A stretch of 30,612 nucleotides of DNA. Origin: a virus. Lineage: Duplodnaviria; Caudoviricetes. Shown in pieces: positions 7,415 to 15,622 of the stretch; the stretch's first letter is position 1, and every line of letters begins with the position of its first letter. The stretch covers positions 1-30,612 of the IMG/VR virus record IMGVR_UViG_3300026187_000007. One strand, written 5' to 3'. The position numbers were made by a program, and so were the translations under genes. The notes under the pieces were generated by a model. The model was not told the DNA's origin, did no database searches, and saw only the letters and a program-made list of their open reading frames with translations.

Positions 7415-7884
7415 TAGTCAAGATTTGGTAAAGAATAAGAAACTACCGCTGCTTTAGTTGTTTTAGCGTTAATCTCCCCTTCTTTAGTTGCACATTCAGT
7501 TCTTAATGCTGCTCTATCGTCTAATATAGATTGAGGTGTCGCAGTTCCACCTTCTGCTTCTCTTATAATATACCAATCCGTCTCGGATAGTTTTCTATTA
7601 TAGATAGCCTTTAGGTTCGCAATCTTTGCCTCTTTAAGTTCAGCTACTGTTTGTGTCCAAGTTCTATTTATTACGGGATAAGTAAAAGTACTACTATCCG
7701 CATCCCACTCTAGGTCTCCTAAGTATTGAGTTACTGAATCGTAACTTGGTGTTACTACGTCGTAGAATCCTGCAGCCTCCCAATCGGAAGAAGATAATAA
7801 ATTAAATCCTGCTATTACGCTACCCCATGCCTTAGGAATAGTAGTGTATCTTTTTATCGCTCCGTCTATTTGTATTGCCTTCAT
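7414..7884 (-). CDS. Tail fibre assembly/chaperone-like protein (start revised to 7884, 156 aa)
   Basis: LSETDWYIIR...RAALR motif typical of fibre-associated chaperones; MKAIQIDG start follows the upstream stop at 7887. Confidence 0.65.
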   Translation of the reverse strand: MKAIQIDGAIKRYTTIPKAWGSVIAGFNLLSSSDWEAAGFYDVVTPSYDSVTQYLGDLEWDADSSTFTYPVINRTWTQTVAELKEAKIANLKAIYNRKLSETDWYIIREAEGGTATPQSILDDRAALRTECATKEGEINAKTTKAAVVSYSLPNLD

Positions 7885-7886
7885 AA

Positions 7887-8639
7887 TTATGCGGTTGTAT
7901 CGGTTGTATAAGTTGCTACTGCCCAAGTTAAAATAGCGTCTGAATCTGTATCGTCTACGCAGAGTACTTGGATTAAATTAGTTCCTGTAGTGTCTAAATC
8001 GTTACTTCCTACTTTATTAATAGCTGAAGTAGTAAAATCGTCTGCTAAAGTAATAACCGCACTAGATAAAGTACCAGAAAGTAAAATATCTATTACTTGG
8101 CCCGTTTTCATGTTTTGGATATTTAACGTAGCCGTAGTTAAGTTACCAGTTAAATTAAACGCTGCGTAAGAAGAAGCGTCTAGGTTAATAGTTCCACTTG
8201 TAGTAGATATATCTTGTACGGCAGTATATCTCGCTTCTAGTTTAGCATGAGTTACTCCGTCGTCTTTTAATCTTACTGTATCTGTATCAATCTCTATAGT
8301 AGAATCATCTACGTTTACGTTTAAAGTAGCGTCTCCATCTGTAGCTCCTCCAGTTAATCCATCTCCAGCTACTACCGAAGTAATATCTCCGTCGTATTGT
8401 TGAACCCATGTAAAACCACTAGTAGCACTATCGTAACTTAAAACGTAGTTATCGGTAGGGGCATTAGTAGCATCTAAATGGGCTTCTGTAATAGCATCGT
8501 CTGCTATCCTTGCGGTAGTTACAAAATCGTCTGCGTAAACTTCGTCAAAGTTATCGTTAACTTTATCAAAGGCTACTCTTAGAGCGTCCCCCGTCCCATC
8601 GTTTGCGCTACTACCAATTCCTATAGGTTGTTTAGCCAT
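7887..8639 (-). CDS. Fibre protein with T4 gp9/gp10-like N-terminal trimerisation domain
   Basis: MAKQPIGIGSSANDGTGDALRVAFDKVNDNFDEVY resembles the T4 gp10 N-terminus; fibre-type GDITSVVAGDGLTGG repeat. Confidence 0.7.
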   Translation of the reverse strand: MAKQPIGIGSSANDGTGDALRVAFDKVNDNFDEVYADDFVTTARIADDAITEAHLDATNAPTDNYVLSYDSATSGFTWVQQYDGDITSVVAGDGLTGGATDGDATLNVNVDDSTIEIDTDTVRLKDDGVTHAKLEARYTAVQDISTTSGTINLDASSYAAFNLTGNLTTATLNIQNMKTGQVIDILLSGTLSSAVITLADDFTTSAINKVGSNDLDTTGTNLIQVLCVDDTDSDAILTWAVATYTTDTTA

Positions 8640-8650
8640 TTTTTCTTATT

Positions 8651-8854
8651 TTAAAATTGTGTTTGATCTGCCGTATATAAATTATTATCTGCCGTTACTG
8701 CCGAAGTAGATACATCAAAAGTACTACCGTCGAAATTAAAAGGGTATATAATACCCCAATTATTAGCTTCGTTTACGTTACCCGCGTTCGCGACTTCGTA
8801 GGTCTTACCCCATCCTATCTCGTTTCTACCGTACCAATCTATTACTGCTGCCAT
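8651..8854 (-). CDS. Small virion adaptor-like protein
   Basis: WGxxY motifs and C-terminal TFD..TAD..TAD repeat. Confidence 0.65.
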   Translation of the reverse strand: MAAVIDWYGRNEIGWGKTYEVANAGNVNEANNWGIIYPFNFDGSTFDVSTSAVTADNNLYTADQTQF

Positions 8855-8857
8855 ATT

Positions 8858-8965
8858 TTAAACGAAACAAGTAGGTTGGCTATCAATATGGAGGGTACTC
8901 TCGTTCGATACATCTCCGAACCAAGAACTACAATAAATCTCCCCCCAATTAATAGCGTTAGCCAT
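8858..8965 (-). CDS. 35 aa peptide (not in ORF track)
   Basis: MANAINWGEIYCSSWFGDVSNESTLHIDSQPTCFV; directly follows a late-promoter motif and shares NWGxIY with the next gene. Confidence 0.7.
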   Translation of the reverse strand: MANAINWGEIYCSSWFGDVSNESTLHIDSQPTCFV

Positions 8966-8997
8966 ATTATACTAATAATTTTTTTACCAATTTGTTA
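8966..8997 (-). promoter_or_regulatory. Putative phage-sigma late promoter
   Basis: TAACA-N14-TTATTA-N7-ATG. Confidence 0.75.
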
Positions 8998-9083
8998 TCT
9001 AGGTTTTTTATATAGTTTTCTAACTTAACTATATTTTTTGCCTTTGGTTTATATTTTACTTTTTTCTCCGCTAAATAATCCAT
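8967..9083 (-). CDS. 38 aa basic peptide (not in ORF track)
   Basis: MDYLAEKKVKYKPKAKNIVKLENYIKNLDNKLVKKLLV fills the gap; start uncertain. Confidence 0.45.
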   Translation of the reverse strand: MDYLAEKKVKYKPKAKNIVKLENYIKNLDNKLVKKLLV

Positions 9084-9571
9084 CCACCGAATAAATCTTT
9101 ATCTGGGAATACATCCTCGTTAGTATTACTATAGTATTCTGGGAACTTAGAAGAAGCGTTAAAATTTAGATAATCTATTAGCCTATCAGTATAATACTGG
9201 GCCGTATTTCTTTCCTTTTCTATTAGATAATCTATCTCTTCTTTAGTTACGCTATCTGAGTTCTCGCTAGTATGTTTAAATACTCCTTTATTAGCAATAG
9301 TATAGTTGCTAAAAGGTAAAAATTCTACCATAGTCCAATGAAGAAGTGCGGGCTTAACTTGATTATTAACTAAGTTTAAATAGTCTCCCGCTAAACTACT
9401 AGCTACTATATCTTCTTTTATTTTATTTATTAAGTCGCTTCCTAGATAATTTTCTATATGCTTATCCTGCGCTATCTTAACGTACTGGATAAAATGGTCC
9501 GTATCTATATTACCGTTCATGGAGGTAAACTTAACTACGTCTTTTCTCGATATTAATAATGCCTCTGCCAT
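9071..9571 (-). CDS. Putative head-tail adaptor/connector
   Basis: Helical 166 aa protein directly after the portal gene. Confidence 0.55.
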   Translation of the reverse strand: MAEALLISRKDVVKFTSMNGNIDTDHFIQYVKIAQDKHIENYLGSDLINKIKEDIVASSLAGDYLNLVNNQVKPALLHWTMVEFLPFSNYTIANKGVFKHTSENSDSVTKEEIDYLIEKERNTAQYYTDRLIDYLNFNASSKFPEYYSNTNEDVFPDKDLFGGWII

Positions 9572-9573
9572 AA

Positions 9574-11322
9574 TTATCTAGGGTTTTTATATCCTTTGTT
9601 TGGGGTATCTATTGGTCGCGTAGAAACTAAGTTAGGTTCTTCCGCAGAGGTAGGATCTTTAATCCCTTCTTTTTCTCTTTTGCTTTTATAAGCTCTTTCT
9701 GCTTTAGGACTATTAGGATCTGGTTTTACTCCGTCCTTAAATATATAGGTTTTACGGAGCCAGTAATGCTTACAATTAGCTCCTCCTTTGTGTAAAAATA
9801 GATTATAAGAGTTCTCTCCTTTGGCCGCTAATTCGCTATTAGCAGTACTATTTTTATTTAAGTCCTCTTTTCTATAAATTCTTTTAGCTCTTACCATTTT
9901 ACGGCAAAATTCTCTAGAATTACCGCTAACGATTAAAGGAGCGTACTGATATCTTACTAAATATCTTTTACCAGTCTCAGTCTCTCCGTCTAGTTCACTT
10001 TTAGCCGTTGCTCTACTTGGTGCTACGGAAGCTAAGCTTAGCATCTTATCTAAGGCCTCTTCCTGCTCGTAATCTACCGCTCTTTCGTCGAAAAGCTCCC
10101 AGCCCTGCTCTAATAGCTCCTCCTCACTTTCGCCTAATCCTTCTAGGCTCTCTAATAGCTCTTCGTCCGTTGGCTCTTCTTTACTAAGCTTTACTCCCGT
10201 TTCTTCTTCTCTAGCTTCGTCCGTAATAGCGTTATCTGTTTCGATAAACTCTAAAGGCTGAAGCGTTTTAAAATATAATTTAAGACTAATTCCGTTTACT
10301 GCTAATATTTGGTCTATAGCGTCTATAATTAAGTCTTGGTAAGGTCTTATAGTTACATTCTGGAATAATAAAGAGGCCGTTCTAATTTCGTCTGCGTTAT
10401 TACCTAAGCCGTTATTACCGTCTCTAATTCCTAAAAGCAAAGGAGAGGTTACTCTATGGCCTACCATTAATTTAGTAGAACATTCGTTAGCTAAGTACTC
10501 GTAATGAGCTGGAGCGTTATCTAAAGGGATATCGTCTATAGTAGTTTTTTGCTCTGCGTTATTATTAAAAGCTATAATTACTTTTTCTCCTCTCGCGCCC
10601 GTAAGCTTGTGCATTACGTCGTTTTTAATCTGTAGCTGCTTCTCTCTATCTGGTATTCCTGCGTTAAAGTTTACTACTTTGGTCCCCGAAAAACCATTCT
10701 GAACATCGTTAATTAGATAATCTGCCACCTCGCTCTCAAGCTCAGCATACGCTAGGCTCCCCGCGTAATCTACGGGGCAATAGTAATCGTAACCAGAAAC
10801 ATATTTTTTAATAATCTTAATTTCTGGCTCTATACCGTTACCTTTTCCAAAGGCTGCTATTCTCTCGGCCTTATCGCTATTTTTCATTTTAGCCCAATTA
10901 GGGGAATAGTAATAAGCTTCTATATCTCCGTCTTTGTTATATTTTTCAGCTCTTAGAGTTTGTCTGGGAAAATGCTCCGCTCTATAAACCTTTCCGTCTT
11001 TATATAAGACTTGAAAAGAAGCCTCTCCTAAGAGTTTTAAGTCTAAGGCTATCTTCTTTAAGCAATCGTTCTTAAAAATCGATCTAAGGGCAGCGTATTC
11101 GTCTGTCTTAGTAGAACTATCTAGAGCATCTAATCCTTTACCGTAAATTAAATTACTTATACCGTTTATAATAGCGTTATTTGTAGTACTATTAGTATAG
11201 AGGTCTATAAGGTACTGGTAGTAATTATTGTCGGACCCGTAAGCGACCCAGTCCTTTTTTTTATCTTCTTGGACCTTAGGCCTATTATAAGAAGAAAGGT
11301 TTACTATATGTAAGTTATCCAT
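9574..11322 (-). CDS. Portal protein with C-terminal MuF-like Cys/His domain
   Basis: Portal-like core (YG.DNNY, HRVTSPLLLG, IRPYQ), acidic linker, then SREFC..KGGANCKHYW. Confidence 0.75.
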   Translation of the reverse strand: MDNLHIVNLSSYNRPKVQEDKKKDWVAYGSDNNYYQYLIDLYTNSTTNNAIINGISNLIYGKGLDALDSSTKTDEYAALRSIFKNDCLKKIALDLKLLGEASFQVLYKDGKVYRAEHFPRQTLRAEKYNKDGDIEAYYYSPNWAKMKNSDKAERIAAFGKGNGIEPEIKIIKKYVSGYDYYCPVDYAGSLAYAELESEVADYLINDVQNGFSGTKVVNFNAGIPDREKQLQIKNDVMHKLTGARGEKVIIAFNNNAEQKTTIDDIPLDNAPAHYEYLANECSTKLMVGHRVTSPLLLGIRDGNNGLGNNADEIRTASLLFQNVTIRPYQDLIIDAIDQILAVNGISLKLYFKTLQPLEFIETDNAITDEAREEETGVKLSKEEPTDEELLESLEGLGESEEELLEQGWELFDERAVDYEQEEALDKMLSLASVAPSRATAKSELDGETETGKRYLVRYQYAPLIVSGNSREFCRKMVRAKRIYRKEDLNKNSTANSELAAKGENSYNLFLHKGGANCKHYWLRKTYIFKDGVKPDPNSPKAERAYKSKREKEGIKDPTSAEEPNLVSTRPIDTPNKGYKNPR

Positions 11323-11663
11323 TATATTAATATAAATTCGTTATCGTCGCTATTTACTGTATAAGCGTTATTGTTTACAGAATAAGTACTTACTGTTTGA
11401 TTAGTACAGAATATTTTGTCTCTAAATATTACTTCGCTACTAGCCGTAATCTCTATAGTATAGTAAGTATCTTCTTTTAAGCTGAATGTATCGCTATGCT
11501 GGTAATAATAGTCTACTTCTGTAAAAGAAGTTGCCGTAGAAGCATATACCTCTTTATTGGTAGTTTCGTTAGTTATCCTAATAGTATAAGTTACTCCGTC
11601 CGTATAGGATCTAGGAATAAAGCTAAAAGTTTGACTACTTGCTGACTCTTGTAATATTATCAT
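11322..11663 (-). CDS. Virion structural protein (head completion-like)
   Basis: Beta-rich 113 aa protein co-transcribed with the portal. Confidence 0.5.
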   Translation of the reverse strand: MIILQESASSQTFSFIPRSYTDGVTYTIRITNETTNKEVYASTATSFTEVDYYYQHSDTFSLKEDTYYTIEITASSEVIFRDKIFCTNQTVSTYSVNNNAYTVNSDDNEFILI

Positions 11664-11695
11664 ACTTATATAATAAAAAAAAGTCTAATTTGTTA
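11664..11695 (-). promoter_or_regulatory. Putative phage-sigma late promoter
   Basis: TAACA-N14-TTATTA-N7-ATG. Confidence 0.75.
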
Positions 11696-11700
11696 TAATA

Positions 11701-11727
11701 AAAAAAGGGTAGCATTTCTACTACCCC
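11701..11727 (-). terminator. Intrinsic terminator
   Basis: GGGTAGTA-GAAA-TGCTACCC followed by a T run. Confidence 0.8.
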
Positions 11728-11750
11728 TCTTTATTTAGGAAAGTTACTCG

Positions 11751-12299
11751 CTAGCTATTAGTCCCTTCCGTAACTGTTACCGTAGCTGAAGCCATTCCAG
11801 CGTAAGGATCCGAAGCCGTTGGACTATCGATAAAGTTAGCTGGCTCTTTTTCTTGAGCAGTTAAGGTTAAGGTATACCCGCTAAGGTCCCCCATACTAGC
11901 CCCGCTTACTATGGTTCCTCCAGAAACGTCCGCTCCATGTTCTAAGCCCATTAAAAAGACGTTACCGTTATAATCTTCTACCGCTACATGAGGTCTCCCA
12001 TACGCTAGAAGTTTTAGCTCTTTATTATCTTCCTTAGAAAGTTTTTTAAGAGTAAGGTTTAAAGTTTGCTCGTAGAATACAGTACCATTCTCTCTTGAAG
12101 CGTTTACTGTTTGCTCAAAGCTACTATTCCCTTTTAGTTCATATTTAAAAGCCGTAAAGGTTCCGCTTAAATCTGTAATTTCGTCGTCTGTTTTAGTTAC
12201 GGTTCCTAAATCTCCAAAATCCGTAAAATAAATAGCTTTCAGACCTCCGACTACATCTTTGCAGGGTTCCTTACGTCCTCTTGTTAAATCGCATGCCAT
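11751..12299 (-). CDS. Major tail tube protein (putative)
   Basis: 182 aa beta-rich protein (ENGTVFYEQTLNL, GYTLTLTAQE) after the capsid gene. Confidence 0.65.
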   Translation of the reverse strand: MACDLTRGRKEPCKDVVGGLKAIYFTDFGDLGTVTKTDDEITDLSGTFTAFKYELKGNSSFEQTVNASRENGTVFYEQTLNLTLKKLSKEDNKELKLLAYGRPHVAVEDYNGNVFLMGLEHGADVSGGTIVSGASMGDLSGYTLTLTAQEKEPANFIDSPTASDPYAGMASATVTVTEGTNS

Positions 12300-12313
12300 A
12301 TCTTTTTAGTATT

Positions 12314-12350
12314 AAAAAAGGGTAGGCAGGCTCTCTGGCTTACCTACCCC
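12314..12350 (-). terminator. Intrinsic terminator/attenuator after capsid gene
   Basis: GGGTAGGTA...TGCCTACCC followed by T6. Confidence 0.75.
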
Positions 12351-12373
12351 TTTAAGTTAAATTATTCTAATTC

Positions 12374-13327
12374 TTAGTTAGCAGAGTTAGTAATACCGTA
12401 AGTTACGATATCTTCTACTACTCCGTACTGAACTCCTGCAGTAAATCGCATTACGACTCTTACGTTATCTGAACCGTCTAAGTCGCTCATATCTAATACT
12501 TTAACTTCGTTATGATCTGCTAAGAGACCAGTTCCAAAGAATAAGTTAGATTTCTCAGCCGCAATAGCAGTATTGTCTCCTAATCCGTTAGCTACGAAGA
12601 TTTTTACTCCGTCGAAAGTAAGAGATCCGTTATTCCACCATTGAGTACCCATCGCGTTAGTACCCGCAGCACCTAGTCCAGAAGAACCAAATCCTCCTAA
12701 AGCACGAACGTAAGCTCTAGCGATATTCTGAGAAACGTATACATTAAGATCTTCAGCACCGTAAAGAGCAGAAGGAATAGCGTCTACGATTTTTCCTAGC
12801 TCAGTAATTACGTTAGAAGCAGTTACTGTAGTAGAAGCTACTTCTTGAGCCGCTGGTAAGTCCGCGTCTAAAGCTAAAGTAGTAGAGAATCCGTCGAACT
12901 GTCCATTAGTAGAAGTATCTCCTGCCCAGATAGAGTTTTCAGTTCTCTGCGCTACTTTTGCAGCTACATGAGAAATTAAGAAATCGCTAAAAGAAGGAGG
13001 TAAATCGTGGTGCGCTGAATAGCCCATTTGAATTGCTTCCCAGTCTGAGATAAAGTCTTTCTTACAAAGTTGTAAGTTTACTTGCTGAAATTCTGGTTGA
13101 AGAACTCTCTCAGTAAGGGTAATTGTAGAAGTTGCGTCAAAGTCGCATGAAGCATCTTTTACGATATCGTTAGTAGATACTTTCTTAATTACCTCTTTAA
13201 ATTTTACGTTAGGTTTAACTGTAATCCCTCCGTTTTCGATTGTAGATCCACTTAGAAGGGCCGCACTAATATATTGACCAGCCGATTCCCCTGCGTAAGT
13301 AGAAGTAATTGAAGTTGTTGTTGCCAT
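12374..13327 (-). CDS. Major capsid protein
   Basis: 317 aa, follows the acidic scaffold gene, HK97-like size and motifs, terminator downstream. Confidence 0.8.
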   Translation of the reverse strand: MATTTSITSTYAGESAGQYISAALLSGSTIENGGITVKPNVKFKEVIKKVSTNDIVKDASCDFDATSTITLTERVLQPEFQQVNLQLCKKDFISDWEAIQMGYSAHHDLPPSFSDFLISHVAAKVAQRTENSIWAGDTSTNGQFDGFSTTLALDADLPAAQEVASTTVTASNVITELGKIVDAIPSALYGAEDLNVYVSQNIARAYVRALGGFGSSGLGAAGTNAMGTQWWNNGSLTFDGVKIFVANGLGDNTAIAAEKSNLFFGTGLLADHNEVKVLDMSDLDGSDNVRVVMRFTAGVQYGVVEDIVTYGITNSAN

Positions 13328-13332
13328 TTTAT

Positions 13333-13953
13333 TTAATTATTAATTTTTGAAATTTTACTTAATACTCTGTCGTAAGTAGTCGTAGCTCTTTTCTGAGCAA
13401 ATAGGTTTAAATTACGATCTACTTCTTTTTCTGGGTTATGTTTAACCTTAGGAATCTCCGAAAGCTCTTCTTTAATTTCTTCTTTCGCTTCTTCCTCTTT
13501 AATCTCTTCGCTAAGTTCTTCCTTAGGCTCTTCAGAAACTTCCTCGCTCATTTCTTCCTTGCTTTCAATCATAGCCTTAATCTCTTCGATCATAGACTTA
13601 ACCTCTGCAAGTTCTTCTTTTGTAGCGTATGCCATTTCTTCTTTATCTTCTTCGAGTTCTGTTTCCTCGTTAAGACTTTCCTCGCTAGGTTCCTCTTCCT
13701 CTTGAGCTGCGCCAATAGAATCGATAATTCCCTCCTCTTTGACCATTAAGACGTTCCCGTCCTCTAAAGTATAGTCTCCTACGGGTAAAGCTACTTTTTC
13801 ATCTTCAGTAACGATAAAGACCTCTTGGCCCGCAGCGAAAGACTCTGCTTCGATAACCGTTCCATTTTCTAAAGTAGCCGTCGCTAATTGTACTTCTTCC
13901 GTTTCGATAGAAAGAAGTTCTTTTGCTTTTTTAAGTACTTCGGTTGCTTTCAT
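13333..13953 (-). CDS. Capsid scaffolding protein
   Basis: Glu-rich coiled coil with LPVGDYTLEDG repeat, upstream of the capsid gene. Confidence 0.7.
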   Translation of the reverse strand: MKATEVLKKAKELLSIETEEVQLATATLENGTVIEAESFAAGQEVFIVTEDEKVALPVGDYTLEDGNVLMVKEEGIIDSIGAAQEEEEPSEESLNEETELEEDKEEMAYATKEELAEVKSMIEEIKAMIESKEEMSEEVSEEPKEELSEEIKEEEAKEEIKEELSEIPKVKHNPEKEVDRNLNLFAQKRATTTYDRVLSKISKINN

Positions 13954-13985
13954 ATAGTTATAATAAATTAATAAACATTCTGTTA
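13954..13985 (-). promoter_or_regulatory. Putative phage-sigma late promoter
   Basis: TAACA-N14-TTATTA-N7-ATG. Confidence 0.75.
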
Positions 13986-13990
13986 GATTT

Positions 13991-14446
13991 TTAAGCCTTT
14001 TTCTGTATAATAAACCACTCGCTTCCGTCAGACCATACCGCTATACCTTCGTAAGCTTTGTTAATTTCGTAAGCTGAGGTACTGCCGTCTAGGTTTTGGC
14101 CGCTAGCTGGAGTTAAGTCTACTCTAGTTGCTGAAGAAAAAGTACTATCGGTAATAAATCTTAAAACCCTATTTGTCGAATTAGAAGAAGTAGCATCTGG
14201 TAAGGTATAAGTAGCCGTTCCCGTTGCTCCGCTCCAAGTAAGCTTAATCATTAAAGCATTTTCGTAAGTAGAACTATCTAAGTCTACGCTTTCTCCCGCT
14301 AGAACTGTTTTAGATACTGTAATAATATGGTTATTAATATCTTTTATAGTAGTTCTTTTAGTCGTACTACTTTGTACTAAAGGTACTATCTCCGTACCCG
14401 TTAAGGTAGAGGCTGCCGTTAGTTCGCTTATTTTTTTATCTGCCAT
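13991..14446 (-). CDS. Head fibre/decoration-like protein
   Basis: MADKKISELT N-terminal fibre-type motif; C-terminal TLP..SDGSEWFI beta domain. Confidence 0.55.
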   Translation of the reverse strand: MADKKISELTAASTLTGTEIVPLVQSSTTKRTTIKDINNHIITVSKTVLAGESVDLDSSTYENALMIKLTWSGATGTATYTLPDATSSNSTNRVLRFITDSTFSSATRVDLTPASGQNLDGSTSAYEINKAYEGIAVWSDGSEWFIIQKKA

Positions 14447-14649
14447 TATTGATATAGTTTACTTTCGTTTTCTTGTATAAATTTTTCTCCTTCTTCTGTA
14501 TATAGGAAAAATAGATATCTAGTTATATTACCTATTCCTTGAGCTTGAAAGCTACCGTCGCAGCACTTTCTAGAATAAGTACCGTCTTTACAGAGACATC
14601 CTCTTCTATCGTTTTTAGGACTCGGAGCTTTTTCGTTATAATCTCTCAT
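14446..14649 (-). CDS. Small Cys-rich structural protein
   Basis: RGCLCKDGTYSRKCCDG..QGIG and C-terminal LYTEEG..IQENE. Confidence 0.65.
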   Translation of the reverse strand: MRDYNEKAPSPKNDRRGCLCKDGTYSRKCCDGSFQAQGIGNITRYLFFLYTEEGEKFIQENESKLYQ

Positions 14650-15590
14650 TACTCTATTAAACCTAAACCTTTTAATTTAGACTCAGCGTATCTTTTTGCT
14701 GAGAGGCCTCCCCATAATAAAAAACTTATCGTACCGCATGCTTCGTTATCTGAAGGATCGTAAAACTCCTCCGCTCTAGATAAGTAGCTATACATTCTTT
14801 TAATAGTCTCTATGCTTATAGGTTTACCTTGAGCTAATTGCTGCGCTCTAATCTTTCCTACTGGAGTAGCGCATTTATTATTTATTTTTTCGTTTAGCTC
14901 TATACCTCTTTTAGCATTATTCTTAACTGAGTCTGGATAATCACTATAGGACTCCATTTCTACCGTCTTACCGTTTTTATATCTTTTGTCGCTTTTTATA
15001 ATAGCGGTAATCTCGCTTAATAGGTATTCTGCTTCTTCTTCTTCTAGGGCTGCTAGAGAGTTAGGTTCATTAGGTCTTTCTAAACGATCTGCAAAATACC
15101 CCTCTATACTAAATCCTTTTACCTTACCAGTCTTAACGTAATTTTCCCAAACGTCGTCGTTTTGTACTTTCATTGAAAGCATCCAAGTACCTACTGGCAT
15201 ACTCATGCCGTAAGCTGCGCTTTTATCTTTTTCAGAATCTTCTACTAACCAAGACTCTACGGCTACTAGTCCGCTTAATGCTTTACCATGTTCTAAAGTA
15301 GACTTATTATAGTTTCCTTTTATAAAGAATAATTCGCTAGCTTTTCTTACCGTATCTCTAGAGAAGTAAATGTAATATTCGTTCTCTTCGTTTCTTCGAT
15401 ATATCGGTTTATTAGGAATAAGAGCAGCACCCATTAGAATACGCTTCTCTTTGTTCACTTCTGCAAATTTAACCTCATGGTTTTTAAGTGCTATAAAGTC
15501 CTCTTCAATCGCAGGGTTTTCTACTATAGATACTGCCTCGATTCCCGAAATTTCATCTTCTTCGTCTATAAAAAGTTCTACTATATCCAT
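14649..15590 (-). CDS. Prohead serine protease (XkdF-like) with C-terminal extra domain
   Basis: VSIVENPAIE, STLEH, PVGTWM, VKGFSIEG. Confidence 0.8.
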   Translation of the reverse strand: MDIVELFIDEEDEISGIEAVSIVENPAIEEDFIALKNHEVKFAEVNKEKRILMGAALIPNKPIYRRNEENEYYIYFSRDTVRKASELFFIKGNYNKSTLEHGKALSGLVAVESWLVEDSEKDKSAAYGMSMPVGTWMLSMKVQNDDVWENYVKTGKVKGFSIEGYFADRLERPNEPNSLAALEEEEAEYLLSEITAIIKSDKRYKNGKTVEMESYSDYPDSVKNNAKRGIELNEKINNKCATPVGKIRAQQLAQGKPISIETIKRMYSYLSRAEEFYDPSDNEACGTISFLLWGGLSAKRYAESKLKGLGLIE

Positions 15591-15622
15591 ACTATTATAA
15601 TAAATTTTAAGAGGTTTTGTTA
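15591..15622 (-). promoter_or_regulatory. Putative phage-sigma late promoter
   Basis: TAACA-N14-TTATTA-N7-ATG. Confidence 0.75.

Noticed and set aside
7885-7926. ORF-track start at 7926
   Set aside because: Overlaps the upstream gene; ATG 7884 follows its stop and has an AT-rich leader.
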